A stretch of 63,903 bases of DNA, filler included, from Octopus bimaculoides (taxonomy: Eukaryota), in assembly GCF_001194135.2 (NCBI RefSeq). It is 6 parts of 6 records of this genome, joined end to end, with 100 filler letters (N's around TTAATTAATTAA, not from the genome) between each part and the next. Parts side by side here need not be neighbours in the genome. Positions count along the whole stretch, not along the records: positions 25,767 to 57,186 come from NC_069005.1; 5 more parts are not named here. One strand, given 5' to 3'. The stretch's first letter is position 1, and every line of letters begins with the position of its first letter. Positions 25,979 to 39,185 of this stretch are shown piece after piece. Below the pieces are notes generated by a model. It was not told the origin of the DNA and ran no database searches. It was given only the letters and a program-made list of their open reading frames with translations. Made by a program: the position numbers and the translations under genes.

Positions 25979-26168
25979 AATCACAAATATACAATGAGCA
26001 AATAGTGCATGATGCCGTTTAACAAAATAATCACTCCCGCCTCTTTCAGCCTTTCACCCAGAAACAACACATTTCATATAAATATATAACATACTTTCCA
26101 TAATCAAATCGATCTTCGACTTCTCACCGCTACACACACACACAAAATATGTATATAGCGGTGTATGC

Positions 26169-26222
<54 letters not shown>

Positions 26223-27254
26223 TTTTACTTTCATATAGATATACACATTGTAGAAAGGTGGAAAAATTAATTAAAATACATATATATTTATACTGAAATG
26301 GTAATATTACAAGTATCACAGGAGTAGTTTCTGGATGATGAAAGAAGCGCCAGTCATTTTGTAAACCGGTTAAAATGCGATTGTTCGATTCGATTAGCAA
26401 ATCGAGATATATATATACGTAATTGTTATCTACATTCTATTTTGAAAAATTTTCTAATAAAATACATAAAGAATATTGATATACAGAAAATGTTTAAATA
26501 CCTGGTTTTAGCTATTAACAACAGAATTAAATAAAATAAACCGGATTGAAACCGATGAGAAATAGAAAATGTCCAACGTTAGCAATGATGGCGTCCTAAA
26601 GAGGGATTTTTTTTTATAGTTTTCGCGCGTAAAAGCCGTGGAGGATTCTGGGAATTTTTATTTAAAATAGATCTTTGAAAGAAAATATAAATAATTTCAG
26701 TTTTGTTATTATTATTATTGCAACTATATTAATAATAGGGATAAAAGTAACGACATTTTTTTTAATTGTATAATAAATATATATATCTATATTAACGGAG
26801 ATAATTTTTTAAATTTTTGAGTACTATATGTACTTTACACGGATGAGATTACTGGATGTGTACGAAGATTCACGAAGTATAGATTCCATATCGAATAATT
26901 TTTTTCATTAGTATTGAATAAACACAAATATAGCAATAAAAATAATCACCGAAAGAGATATTTCTAAAACTAATTGCCTCAAACAGACTTTAATAAAAAG
27001 TAATTTTACGTTATTACTCTCCGTATACTGAGATTCCGGTCAATGTCCGTTTACAGTAATTTGTCATTTTGTCTCCCTCAAATTTCAACTACTACACGAA
27101 ATTTATATTTAAAAAATATATTAATACAAAATCCAATTTTTAAAAAAATCAGTGTATTTACTATGTTTTATAATTAAGCTCAACTTTACTACGTTCGAAT
27201 TGTACCGTGGTCGCATTCGCCTTTGTTAAATCTTGCTGTTTTCGATAGAATAAT

Positions 27255-27480
27255 AATAATAATAAATACTTTCTACTATAGGCACAAGGCCAGAAATTTT
27301 GTAGGACAGGGTAAATCGATTTTATCGACTCAGTGTTTAACTGGTACCTATTTTGTCAGCTCTGAAAGGATGAAAGGCAAAGTCGACCTCGGCGGAATTT
27401 GAACTCAGAACGTAAAAAACCCACAAGAAACGCCGCTAAGCATTTTGTCCAGTAGCCTAACGCTTCTGCCAAATCGCCAA
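27255..27480 (-). mobile_element. GGCGGCGAGCT-head SINE copy
   Basis: ggcacaaggccagaaatttt...gtcgacctcggcggaatttgaactcagaacgtaa...ctgccaaatcgcc. Confidence 0.75.
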
Positions 27481-28329
27481 ATAATTTACTACCAGTAATA
27501 TATTGTATCTCTCTGATTGTAATATAATTTTTTAAAATCTTGGACCTAGTAAATACTCAATGACGTCTCACTAAAACATTGTCTTTTCTTTTTTTAATTA
27601 TGGAAAATAACTTGGCCGATTCCCTTGCGCACGTAAATGAATACTTTTATTTAGAAAAAAAAAGGGTTGGGTAGAAACAAAACCCTGTAGTGTAGTGAAG
27701 GGTGGGAGATAAGTAGATTATTCCAAAACGGTTATCTAGAGGGAAAAAAACCCCAGAAAATGCATCGCCTTTGTCAAGCCTGTGATTGGCGGTGGGGAGA
27801 CACAAAGACACAGATATATACATATATATATATATATATGATGGACTTTCAGTTTCCGTCTACCAAATCCGCTCACAAGGCTTTGATGAAGACAACAATG
27901 ATTGACAGCCATTTCTTGTTTCCAAGAATTTCAATTTCATTTTTTTCTCTGTTAAAGGAAATAAGAGGAGAGGAAGAAATGGTGTCACTGGTGGGGATTC
28001 ATTTATGGGAGAGTGCTAATTGCCCAGGGAATGAATCGGTCACACTACGGTTTCAAGACCATCTTCTGTGACAGTACATGAAGAATAAAGCAAGTAGGAT
28101 CAGGTGATGAAATTGTGATAGATTGTATCAAGGAATGAAATTGTAACACATTAAAATAAAATTGCGACAGAATGTATCAGGTGATGAAATTGCAACTGTT
28201 TAAATGTTAGTCAGATAAACCATTCTTCTTGCCATCATCCACTTGTTCTGCCATTGTTGTCGTATTCCTCTGGCTCTGGTGTTGCAGACTTGAAGTGAGA
28301 TTGCTTCTGTTCAGTCTGGGTTCTCTTAT

Positions 28330-28740
28330 TAGGCCTTTTGTTACCAGCAGAGATAGAGAAGCTCTCTGAACTTTGCCCAGGCTATTCTTATTCTAGCAGC
28401 TACACTCTCAGAGCATCCACCCGCCACTACAGACTTAGTCACCGAGGTAGCGGAAGCTATCGACAACTTCTGGTTTTGCCCCCTGGCATGTGATGGAATC
28501 TGTTTTGTGTACATCTTCAATGTTTATTGTCCCTGTGCATCTGCCACACACAAAGACTATCTTCCAGGTTAACCTTCCTTTGATGTTGCTGCATCTCTTA
28601 TGTATCCATAGCTTCTACCTGCACCATTTCTACAGATCAAGCAGGACCATTTACCTGAAGGGATTTGTGATTTGTCTGCCTTCCTACTTACTTGGACTTT
28701 GGTTTTCGCTAAGCTGCACTTTATCCCATGTATCCAGACC
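28330..28740 (-). mobile_element. RTE-like LINE RT C-terminal fragment with Cys-rich insert
   Basis: LAKTKVQVSRKADKSQIPSGKWSCLICRNG..EVVDSFRYLGD..IRIAWAKFRELL..LLVTKGL, with frameshifts. Confidence 0.75.
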
Positions 28741-29369
28741 GCAATAAAGAATTCAGAGTTTAGGTTCAAATCATTCGAGCGTTGCTAAATGTTGTCTTTA
28801 CTGAGCATCTCTAGCTCTCGCCTTTTCACTCTATATATGAGGGAAGGGGGCTGAAAAGTTCCTGGTTTTGGCTAAAACAAAACACAGGAGGTTCAGGAGA
28901 CAGCCATAACAACACTTTGAACATCCCCCCCCCCTGCTACAAACTAGTTGTCACGGCCGACTAGTTTTCAGAATGCAGTTGGGACGTGAAGACAACTAGG
29001 AAACTCACTATGCACAAGCGTAACCAGAGTGTGTGCTGCCCAGAACGGCTCTTCCGTTTGCTGCACCAAGACCCCCACAAAGAAACACATATTGCCTACA
29101 GCAGACCCAAAAGTGGTTCCCCTATAAAGGTGCCACCCAGGAACCATTGCTCCCCCACCTCTAGCTATACTAATGTCACTATGTAATAAAGTTTTGTGTT
29201 AAACTGAGTGAAAATACTACAGAAATTTATGAAGTGCTCCAGACAGACAGAATTTTGCTTTTATTATCATAGCTCATTTTCTGAAATTTATCACATCTAC
29301 CTTAATTAACAGTTGGTTTAACAAAACCTGTATTATTTTAATCTGCACACACGTTCTTTTTCACTCTCT

Positions 29370-29760
29370 CTTTCTCTCTCTCATCCTTTCTGTCTGCATC
29401 TCTCTCTCTCTCTGCTCTGGACAACCAGCTTAGAGCACATTAGCATATGACTTCTGTCTCTCTCTTCCCCTCTCTCTCTTTCTCTATCTCTTACACACTC
29501 ACTGCCTTGGGCAACCAGCTTAGAGCACATTACCATAAAACTTCTTTCTCCCCCTCTCCTTCCTCCTCCTCTTCTCTCTCTCACACTCACTGCTTTGGGC
29601 AACCAGCTTAGAGCATATTAGCATACAACCTCTTTCCCCCCCTCTCTCTCTCTCACTGCCTTGGGCAACCAGCTTACAGCACATTACCATACAACCTTTC
29701 TCTCTCTCTTAGCCTTGGGCAAACAAACTCTCTCCTCTCCACCTCTCTCTCTTAACTCTT
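29370..29760. repeat. Composite minisatellite: ~40-bp core separated by variable (CT)n
   Basis: CAACCAGCTTA(G/C)AGCA at 29422, 29512, 29600 and 29666; partial at 29720. Confidence 0.85.
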
Positions 29761-29764
29761 TGCC

Positions 29765-30200
29765 TGTCCAAAGCATTTTCATAAGTTTGTTCTAAACATC
29801 CATGCTTATTTTCAGACTTTTTAGTTAGACCTTCAAAAGGGTCACCTCGTGCAGCAATATACCGCTCCCAGCATTCCTGCCACTTTTGGAATCCAGCCTG
29901 GAAGTCGTTTTCCGTAAGCGAGTCGAGGACCTTCTACGATTTGCTTTGGATCTTGACAACAGTGTTAAAACAGCAACCTTTGAGCTACGTTCTCATCTTG
30001 GGGAAACGATGGAAGTTTACAGGTGCTAAATCTGGCAAATAGGGCAGGTATGGAAGTGATACCATGTTTTTGGCAAGAAACTCACGAGTGAAGAGACCTC
30101 GATGACAGGGTGCATTGTTGCCTTGAAGAATCCACAGATCCAGTCTCTTTCGTTGAATGTCCTCCCTCAAATTCTTCAAAACATTGCAGCACAAATCTTG
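29765..30200 (-). mobile_element. Mariner transposase C-terminal remnant
   Basis: VLKNLREDIQRKR..GNNAPCH..PYLPDLAPVNF..FPKMR..FQAGFQKWQECWERYIAARGDPFEG, with stops. Confidence 0.85.
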
Positions 30201-30860
30201 ATTGGATAATAAAATGAATGGTTTGCACCTGGTAGCTTACTGGTAAAGCACGGTCATTTTTCAGTGATTTTTATATATATTCCATCTTCCGTCTTTCATT
30301 TGTCATGTGTGTGTGTGTGTGTGTAACAACAAATGGATTGTGGTTTGCTACAGCTGTTTCAGATGTCTTTTAGCAATGAACAGAAGTCAGCGAGTATTCA
30401 CTGACCGAATTTGGGTGTGCCAAGTCATCTGACACTATGTACTTGTTTTTATGAAGTTTTAATTGTTAATACTTACCTGTATTTACCTGGTGAAAACAGG
30501 TTGGTTTCTTTTTTCTTTTTGCATGATGTGACACTTCTGTTCATCAATAAAAAACATGTCTGACTCAGCTATAGTGGGTCACAATCTATCTATTGTCATT
30601 GCTTATTCTTCACCAAACTCAGAACCTGCAATTCATTTGGATCATCAAGGTCACCCATGTGTGACCTGGATGACCCATTGTGTATTCAGTCAGCCATTTG
30701 TGAATGGATGCATAACTGGAGAACAAATACATGTTTACTTTAGTGAGTATGTATTTGTTGTTATACATTGTTCGTACACAATAGCGCTATCACCAACCCA
30801 ACCCTGGTGCTTTCACCATTTAAATGCCTGATTCACTCAAATCCTTGGGCCTCACGGCGT

Positions 30861-31135
30861 GAGTGTTGGGCCTCATGGAGGCAAAGTGGCTGAGTTCCTT
30901 TCAAGTGCTGGGCCTCATGGAGGCAAGGTGACAGAGGTCCTTTCGAGTGATGGGTCTCATGAAGGCAAGGCGGCTGAGTTCTTTTCAAGCGTTGGGCCAC
31001 ATGGAGGCAAAATGGCTGAGTTCCTTCGAGTGCTGGGCCTCACGGAGGCAAGGTGGTAGAAGTCCTTTGGAGTGTTGGGCCTCACAGACGCAAGGTGGCT
31101 GAGTTCCTTTTGAGTGTTGGGCTTCAAGGAGGCAA
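30861..31135. repeat. 42-bp minisatellite, ~6.5 copies
   Basis: Unit GAGTGTTGGGCCTCATGGAGGCAAAGTGGCTGAGTTCCTTTC starting at 30861, 30903, 30945, 30987, 31028, 31070 and 31112. Confidence 0.9.
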
Positions 31136-32494
31136 TGATCAAGACCTTTAGCATCATGCTGTGCTTGAGAAGAAGACGTATCAAGCTGAGCAAAAATCGC
31201 AGTTGTGGCAGATACCAGTGTCACACAAATTAGCACCCATGCTGGTGGCATGTAAATGCACCCAGTAAAAGCACACACTACACTCTATGAGTTGTTGGCA
31301 TTAGGAAGGGCATTTAGCCATAGAAAACCATGCCAAATCAGATAAAACTTGAAAAAGCATGCAAAACTACATCTGTGTAGAAGATTTTTAAAAAAAGAAT
31401 CTGGCGTAAATTTCAAATACTTCAAATAGTTGGAAGACTTTCAAAAAGATCCAATTATCCTCTGAATTCTTCCTTTCTAAAAACGGTAGGATATGATTTA
31501 GAGAAATTTGGCAGCTATTTCTAGCAGATTGAATGCCCACGTAGAAGCTACCTCCTTAATTTGTGGCTCATTAGGACATCGACGTTGTGCGTTCACAAAA
31601 CCCGAGATGTGGGTTGAATGTTTGTACAAGAACTAGAAAAGATACATTTGGGGTCAAACAAAGCCCAGTGGCTATTTGTCGTTAAACCAGGCGATAGATT
31701 AATAGCATCATCGACCGGACTTCTACACAAGGTTTCCCTCAACTCGATTTCACTGACGAGGCCTTGGGGGTTAACCTGTAACTGTGATCGACGAATACGG
31801 AACGGGTTTATTGCAAAAGCAACTTCTTGTGTCATTTGCTAGCATTTTGCGAATGTTTTCATTATTATTATTTTTTATTTATTTATTTCTAATGCCGATC
31901 CTAAATCGTTTTCCTTCCTTTGTAATAAAAAAAAAACCGTCCCATTTTCTCGTCGCGTTGCATTAAGTTGTTGAAGTTACCTCCCTTCGACCGATAGCAA
32001 AGTTATCTCGAATAATTTTTTATTGGCATACCTACACAAACGTGCCCCAACCCACCTCAACTGACTTTCTTTCCTCGTAATTTTCCTGAAAATGGATATT
32101 TTTGAATGAAATATTCTACAAATACGCTTCAGACGGTGTAGATTCCGATTATAATGGAATTTGTTGCAAAATAATCTTTTCTAGGGGTGATTGTCGAGTT
32201 TGGAAAAAAATCACACACGAGTCGGCTGTTTCCACATGACTTTCAGAAAAATGGATATTTTTTAATGAAATTTTCTACAAATACCTTTCAAATTGTTTAG
32301 ATTACGATTATAGCAAAAGTGGTTGCTATAAAACAAAGCAACAGTAGTGGATTTGGTAGTTGGAAACTAGACAGACGGATGGATACAATGAATGATGTTG
32401 GGTTTGTAAGTTCAAAATGTAAAGCACTCTTATAAACTAGGACTCACTGAATCTATTGCAGTTACATAAATTCCACTCTTCTTTCCTGAACTGT

Positions 32495-32675
32495 GATATG
32501 TGAGGTCTGATGGAAAAAAAAAGTGTTGGGACTAGTGCAAAAGAAATAATAAAATTAAAAAATAACTACAACACCTATTAATTCAGCATTTAATCTCTTT
32601 TAAAGTAATTCCCTTCTGAAACCACAGATACTTTATCCAGTATCGTTTCCACTCACAGAAGCATTCCTAGTGTGT
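32495..32675. mobile_element. Degenerate mariner end (TIR-like sequence plus C-terminal remnant)
   Basis: tgaggtctgatggaaaaa...gtaattcccttctgaaaccacagatactttatccagtatcgtttccact resembles mariner termini. Confidence 0.45.
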
Positions 32676-32799
32676 TTTTTTTTTATGCAAAAGGTCAGCT
32701 ACATTACAGTTACTACAATCACAGAGATGATTGAGGGCCCAAGACTTCTGACGATTTGCTGTGTGTGAGAAGACACATCCAGTTAAATAAAACTATGGC

Positions 32800-33015
32800 C
32801 ATCCATGCATTACGGCCTGTGACAGCGCCACATAAGAAGCACCTAACACACTCTGTAAAGTGGTCGGTGTTAGGAAGGGCATCCAGCCATAGAAACCCAG
32901 CTGAAACAGGCAACTGGAGCCTGGACAGCTGAGTGGCCAGCTCCCGTCAAATTGTCCAACTAACGCCAGTATAGAAAACGGACGTTAAATGATGATGGTG
33001 GTGGTGGTGGTGGTT
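32800..33015 (+). mobile_element. Retroposon 3' tail (GTTAGGAAGGGCATCCAGC...GGACGTTAAATGATGAT)
   Basis: Homologous pieces at 31250-31345, 44870-44955, 53440-53630 and 56800-56960 (-); tails end in (GAT)n. Confidence 0.65.
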
Positions 33016-33304
33016 GTAGAGTGGACAGAAGATATGGCTAAAGAAAACTGATCAGAAATGGATTTGTCAGTATGGCTGTTCGGTATGCTGTAGGCCCGGA
33101 AAATTAAATTTTATTAAAAAGTTTCCTTCAATAATTTCCAGAAAGGAAAGGTCGGAATAGATCCGAAAGCCAATTCTTTTTTTTTCTTTCCAACATAATT
33201 GTGATAGACATCATCAAAACGTGTGAGGAATCAAAATCGTGACACGTGAATTATCCGAAATTCCTCTCGTCCCACTCCGAAGAGACATTTTCTCAATAAA
33301 TTCC

Positions 33305-33395
33305 TGCGGTGGTAAAGATCACGTACACCACCCGTTTTCGGCGTAACAAAATCCCTAACCCTAAAGACCGGATGTACGTAGTTCTTACTTTCGCC
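33305..33395 (-). mobile_element. 91-bp mini-MITE-like element with TTAGGG motifs (copy 1)
   Basis: Reverse-complement homologue of 50211-50301. Confidence 0.6.
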
Positions 33396-36299
33396 CAAAT
33401 TCAGACATAAATGTAATCTACACCATCTCAAATATACTTGTAGATAAAAAAAAAAAAAGACGAGGAGGGGAGGCACAGTTGTGTAGTTATACTCTCAAAA
33501 TCCACCCTTGACTGGTACTTTATTTTATTGACACCAAAACAGATGAAAAAATCTTGTCGACCTCGGCAGGATTTGAACTCATAACATAAACAGCCGAAAC
33601 AAATTCATCGAGAGGTAATATCTCCACTTAAACGTCGATGTTTTTATTAGAACGAAGTAGTTACCATGAGAGAAACTCATATATTGGCGTTTGGCGCAAA
33701 ATGCACTCTTATTTAACTGGGGAATAACTACTACTTCTGTTGCTAATATATTCATCAAGGTGATGTTTCCAACGCTCTAACGACTCAGCCACGCCATCGC
33801 CCAAACATGTGTTACCAATGTCAGTTGATTACGTCCCTTGGCAGTTGAGAACGGTTATAAGATTCGCATTGCCTTCTGGGACAAAAGTATAATCATTAAT
33901 AATAATCTTAAGTTTTTATTTTCTGTTATAATTATAGTCGTGAATTTCACATCGGTAATTCTATCATGAAACGATTATAAAAAAAAAAGGAAGAGAGAAA
34001 ATATTCATTTTTATTTTATTTGCACAGTCTCTCTCTCTCTCTCCTTTCATCCCACTTCTCTCTTTCTATTTGTATATATTATATAGATAGCCATGTCTTC
34101 TTAATTCCATGCATACGTAGGATGCGTTTTCGGAATATAAACACCAATATTTGACTGATAATTCATTATTCATCATCTCAAAACAAAAAAAAAAAAAAAN
34201 NNNNNNNNNAAAAAAAAAAAAAAAAAAAACAGGCGAAGAGTCAACCCGAATCGAACCCAGAACGTAAAAGACTAAATGATACCATAAAGCATTTTGTTTG
34301 ATCCTCTAACAACTCAACCATCTCCCAAACCTTTTATATTTAATCTTATATCGATTATTTGTTGCTTTACACTAGCACAAGGTCATAGATTTCGATGTGT
34401 GGGGAATATGATCGGGGGGGTATCCTCGCTATTACGGTCCTAAATCCAATGGTCCTGCATATCTATACGTATTTCCTTAGTTATCTAGTGTTTCGCTGTT
34501 TGTTCGTTTTTAATGGCAAATTTACTCATTGTTGGGTGGATTCGAATCATTAACGGTATTGGAAAAAAACGATGGTCTTGTGCTATTTATGTTCGTAGCT
34601 CAAATCCCAGGGAGTCGAAATTCGTCTTTCATCATCATTCTGGGGTTGATAAATAAAGCACTTGTCACAAGGGTCCATGTAACGAACTTATATCTCTCCC
34701 CTCAAAACCACTGACCTTCAGTTTATTCACCAAGGAACTGCAAGTTCACTGTTTCTTTTTTTTCTAGAACCACATTTTTCAATGTGCCCAATGGAGAACA
34801 AAAAAAAAAATAAAGGCAATGTGATACGAGGGGGATTTGGTTGCTATTTCGAGCATCGTAAATCTCTTTGTTTAGTGCGGGCGCAAAAATTTTCCACATT
34901 ATTCGTCACAGTCTCGTGAGGTTCTATGCAGAGAATCGCGCGCATTTTTATAGCAAAAATGGCGGGGAATATATAAAAATATGATGGCTACTGGAAATAC
35001 TGAAACGAAAACGAAAAAAAATTTTTTCGATATGTCAGAAAGGGGAAAATTCTTATATTTTAAAGGCATACATATTACGAGAAGATAAAAAAAAAACATT
35101 TAGGTAACTGATAAGTATTTAATTCGAAACAATATTAAAAACATTAATTTTAAAGATCCAATGCGGTATGAGTCAGTAATACATTCATAAATTACGAGAG
35201 AAAAATCATAACTTAGGCGTAATCAATTAGAAACAGCATAAAAAAAACATTAATTGTAATATGTAATGATGTGTAAGGTTCAGCAGGAATTTTAAAAAGA
35301 TGCAAATAATAAACAATACTAATTTTATTTCGTTTCAGTATTTCAAGTAAGCCATGATATTTTTTATAGATACTTTATACTTTGACAATTAATATAAAAT
35401 TATGTTACTTAATAGAGAGAAAATTATGAATTCGACAGAATGCCTCATCGATAATTAAGGAATTTGATCGATAAAATTATAATCGGCGTCGGAATAAATG
35501 TGCGGCTATGATTTTCGTTTCAGAACTGTGATTTCAGGTTCAATCCTTCTGCACAGTACGACAGGCTAAAGAAAAAAGTACTGAGGTCAATTCATTCAAG
35601 TAAAAATTCTTCAAGGTGCTGCCCCAGCATGACCATTGTCTAATGACTGAAACAAGTGTCAGATGAAAAGATTGATATAAAAACAAACACACACACACAC
35701 ACACGCATTCATTACATAACAGAACACCTTAGGTATTTTTAAACTTGGTAATGCCCAACCCTTCTCAGATCTGACTTCAGTCAATTTGTTTGAGAAAGAT
35801 TGACAGACAGAAAGAGAAAGCAAGGACATGAATTGGCCCCAGTACATGACTGGTACTTTATATATTGACCCTGAAAGGATTTTAGTGGTATTTGAAATAA
35901 ATATTACAAAACTCTCAGTCTAATGTTTTAATGAGTCAGTCAATTTCCTGTTTGTAATTGATAATGAGTAATTAATTTCCGTTTTTGATAACAAGTTTGC
36001 ATTCATTGTCATTATTTTCACTATCGTCACCACTCAACAACAATACATACTTGACTATAACTAGTTCTCATATTACCTATGATGAGTACATATCCTATTT
36101 TATTCTATTACAGGAGTACAAAGTTCATTAAAAGCCTTGGCATCACCTATCTTGCAGTATTGAGTTCAGATCTACGTTAGCTGTAAGGTTGTGTCTCTGG
36201 GCCTTTTAATACAAATCTAGGCTATAAACCTTCATTATGTTGCTATGATTTTCCCAAACACGGCGTCAGTCTAACAGGAGTAATACATGGCGTTGGTAG

Positions 36300-36415
36300 A
36301 TGTTGGATGAGTGTCAACATTCAGATCCAAAGAGAATTTAATGCTGGGAGCGGAGTCTTGCAGGGAGGTGTTCTGTCTCCTCTTTTGTTTGTTGTCTGAG
36401 TAAACTAGTTAATGA
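36300..36415 (+). mobile_element. Non-LTR RT motif fragment
   Basis: REFNAGSGVLQGGVLSPLLFVV* matches the GVxQGxxLSPxLF RT motif. Confidence 0.6.
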
Positions 36416-37574
36416 GAGAAGCACTAAGGGGTGGGTGGGGTGGAAGGAAAGGAATGAAAAGAAATAATGGCCTAGCTCTCTGTTGGTTGCTATGACAAGT
36501 GTTCCAATTGATTCGATCAATCATACAGTCTGCTTGTGAAATTAATGTGCAAGTGGCTGGGCACTCCACAGACGTGCATACCATTAGCACACTTCTCAGC
36601 GAGATTCAGCATGACACAGAATTTAACAAGCCTGTTCTTTGTCTTCCAGGAACAATTCAAATTTTCAAATTTGGCAGCTGTGTGGACTGGAGCAACGAGA
36701 AATGAAATGAATTGCTCAAGGACTCAGTGAACGGCTAGAAACTGAACTCACAACCTTACAATAACAAGCCGAATTACTAAGCATTTGGCAAATTTGCTAT
36801 TATGTTGACTATATTGTTTTGCTTTGTAATGAAAGATGAAAAATATAAAGAATGATATAAAAAGAATAAAGCTTAATGAATAAAGCTTAATGAAACAGGC
36901 AAAAGTGTGAACATCTCTCTCTCCTTTGAATTTTCTGTATTGCCACCCATCACCTATTCTTTTTACTTTTTTACTCTTTTATTTGTTTCAATCATTTGGT
37001 TCCTGTATGTGCTACCTTGGGCTGGAACCCTGTTCATGGTGGTGTAAAAAGAGGAAAATGTCACGCTTACATTTGATTGCAGACACTGGCCTGGGATGTA
37101 CCCAGGACCTCGAGGCAGTGATAATGGACTGAGAAGTGTGGCGGGTGGATTTTGTTGGAACCTGGCCATAATAAGAATCTCTGATTCCTCTCATTGGTCA
37201 CCTGTACAAATTCACACATCATAATGTATAGTGTACTCTCTATACCAACATTTGCTCATCTGTCCTCACCTCTCAAATACGCATTACTGGCTTTTCTGTC
37301 ATCAGTGTTCCTTCTTCAAATTTACATTTATTATGTTCAGGGGCCTTCTCCATAGTGGGTAGGGTATTGAACTCATGATCGTAAGACTGTGGTTCTTATT
37401 CTGAAATTGGTGGCATATTGTATTTTGGGGCAAAACATTTCATCTTGTGTTGTTCCAGTCCATCATCGTCGTCATCATCATCGTCATTGTCACCACCACC
37501 ACCACCAAAATATACAATCACATCATTGAAATCTCAAAGCTACAAATTAGTGCATGATTAATTCAAAATAATAA

Positions 37575-38690
37575 ATGACCCTCATAATCAAGATAAACAG
37601 TGCATGACTTTGCAGGTGGGGCCCAGTTAGAATTTTCTTCAGGTTGAGTAGCCCATCCTGCTCAAAAGGTTCCTGAATAAGGTTTGTTTAAGGACAATGA
37701 ATGAAACACCGATGTTTCCAATGGTGAATTATTCAAACCTCAAAGAATCCCTCTCAACATATGGCTATGATGCTCCCCAGCTACTTCTGCTCATGATCAG
37801 AGATGTACATATTGTCAGCCACTGAGGGACATGCTCAATGAGTTACAGTCAAGCAACTGACAAGCAAATCTGTGATGAAACCTGTACATGATAACACTTC
37901 TAATGAGTTAAGATCAGAAGCCATGAAAGCCTTTATTATTATTGAGTGAGAGAGCAGTGCATGCCATCAAAGTGACACTGGAGTAAAATATACGAAGCCC
38001 AGTATACCCATCACGACTACCTGTCTGATAAGGGTACACCAGGTGCATGCATCACAACCATATGTGCATGACATGGTAATCTCATATCAAAATAAATAGC
38101 ACATGACCTTGCAGGTGGAGCCCAGTTAGAATTTTCTTCAGGTCAAAGAGCTCATCCCGCTCAAAAGGTCCCTGAATAAGGGTTGTTTAACCCTTTCATT
38201 ATCAATCCAGCTGAAACCGGCTCTGGCTCTGAGGACAAATGTCTTGTTTTCATAAGTTTTGATTTAAAATCTTCCACCAAACCTTAGTCACAATTGATGT
38301 TCCTAACACTAGCTTGATGATAATTAAGTTATTTTACTAAATTCTTTGTTATATTTAAAGTAATTGAAAGAAATACAGAGCATCTCAAAATAAATACAGC
38401 AACGAAAGGGTTAAGGATGTTGAACATAACACCCATGTTTCCAAAGGTGAATTATCCAAACCCCAAATAATTCCTCTCAGCACATGGCTATGATGCTTCC
38501 CGCAACTTCTGCTCGTGATCAGAGATGTACATATCGCCAGCCTCCAAGGAACATGCTCAACTGGTTAAGGTCAAACAATGGACAAGCAAATCTGTGGTAT
38601 TGAGCAAAACAATGTACATAACATTTCCAATCAGTTAAGATCAGAAGCCATGAGAGCCACTGCCTGGTACTGCATTATTATCATTATTAT
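37575..38690 (+). mobile_element. Two tandem 5'-truncated copies of a retroposon ending in (ATT)n
   Basis: 37600-37930 is repeated at 38100-38190 plus 38411-38655. Both end aagccatga(a/g)agcc plus ATT repeats. A 3' stub lies at 25113-25155. Confidence 0.7.
38191..38410. mobile_element. piggyBac-type MITE, 220 bp, TTAA TSD
   Basis: TTAA|CCCTTTC...GAAAGGG|TTAA. The empty site is visible in the paralogous copy at ~37686. Confidence 0.9.
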
Positions 38691-38716
38691 TATTATTATC
38701 ATTATTATTAGTTAGA

Positions 38717-39185
38717 TGTGGGCTCTGAATGCAGAAGACATGCGAACGTTAGAAAGGAATGAGGCTAGTATGCTCCGCTAGATGTGTAATGTAAGTGTAC
38801 ATGTTCGACAGAGTGCTAGTGTTTTGAGAAAGAAGTTAGGCATAAGAGAAATCAGTTGCTGTGTGCAAGAGAGAAGACTGTGCTGATTCGGTCATGTAAT
38901 GTGGATGGATGCCCATAGCTCCATAAAGAAGTGCTGATCTCTCAAAGTAGATGGAATACGTGGAAGTGGGAGACCCAAGAATGGGATGACGTACTGAAGA
39001 ATGACCCCAGGAGGCTGAACCTTTCAGGCGAGATAACAAAGGACCAAGATGCCTGGCGCCTTGCTGTACCCAAGAAGACCCCGTTCTCTGCAGTAGAAGT
39101 GTTACGACTCGTTCCTCTGGTGGTGAAAAGAACTTGTGGAGGTGTCACGTAAAAGCGCCCGTGCGATGCTACGTAAAAGCGCTAT
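38717..39185 (+). mobile_element. RTE-like LINE 3' fragment
   Basis: WALNAEDMRTLERNEASMLR*MCNVS..QERRLC*FGHVMWMD, followed by GTAAAAGC-type 3'UTR motifs. Confidence 0.8.

Noticed and set aside
28948-29221. Possible solo LTR (TG...CA, TATAAA, AATAAA)
   Set aside because: No target-site duplication and no second copy in the window.
29370-29760. CRISPR-like repeat/spacer pattern
   Set aside because: Eukaryotic context, unequal low-complexity spacers and no cas genes.
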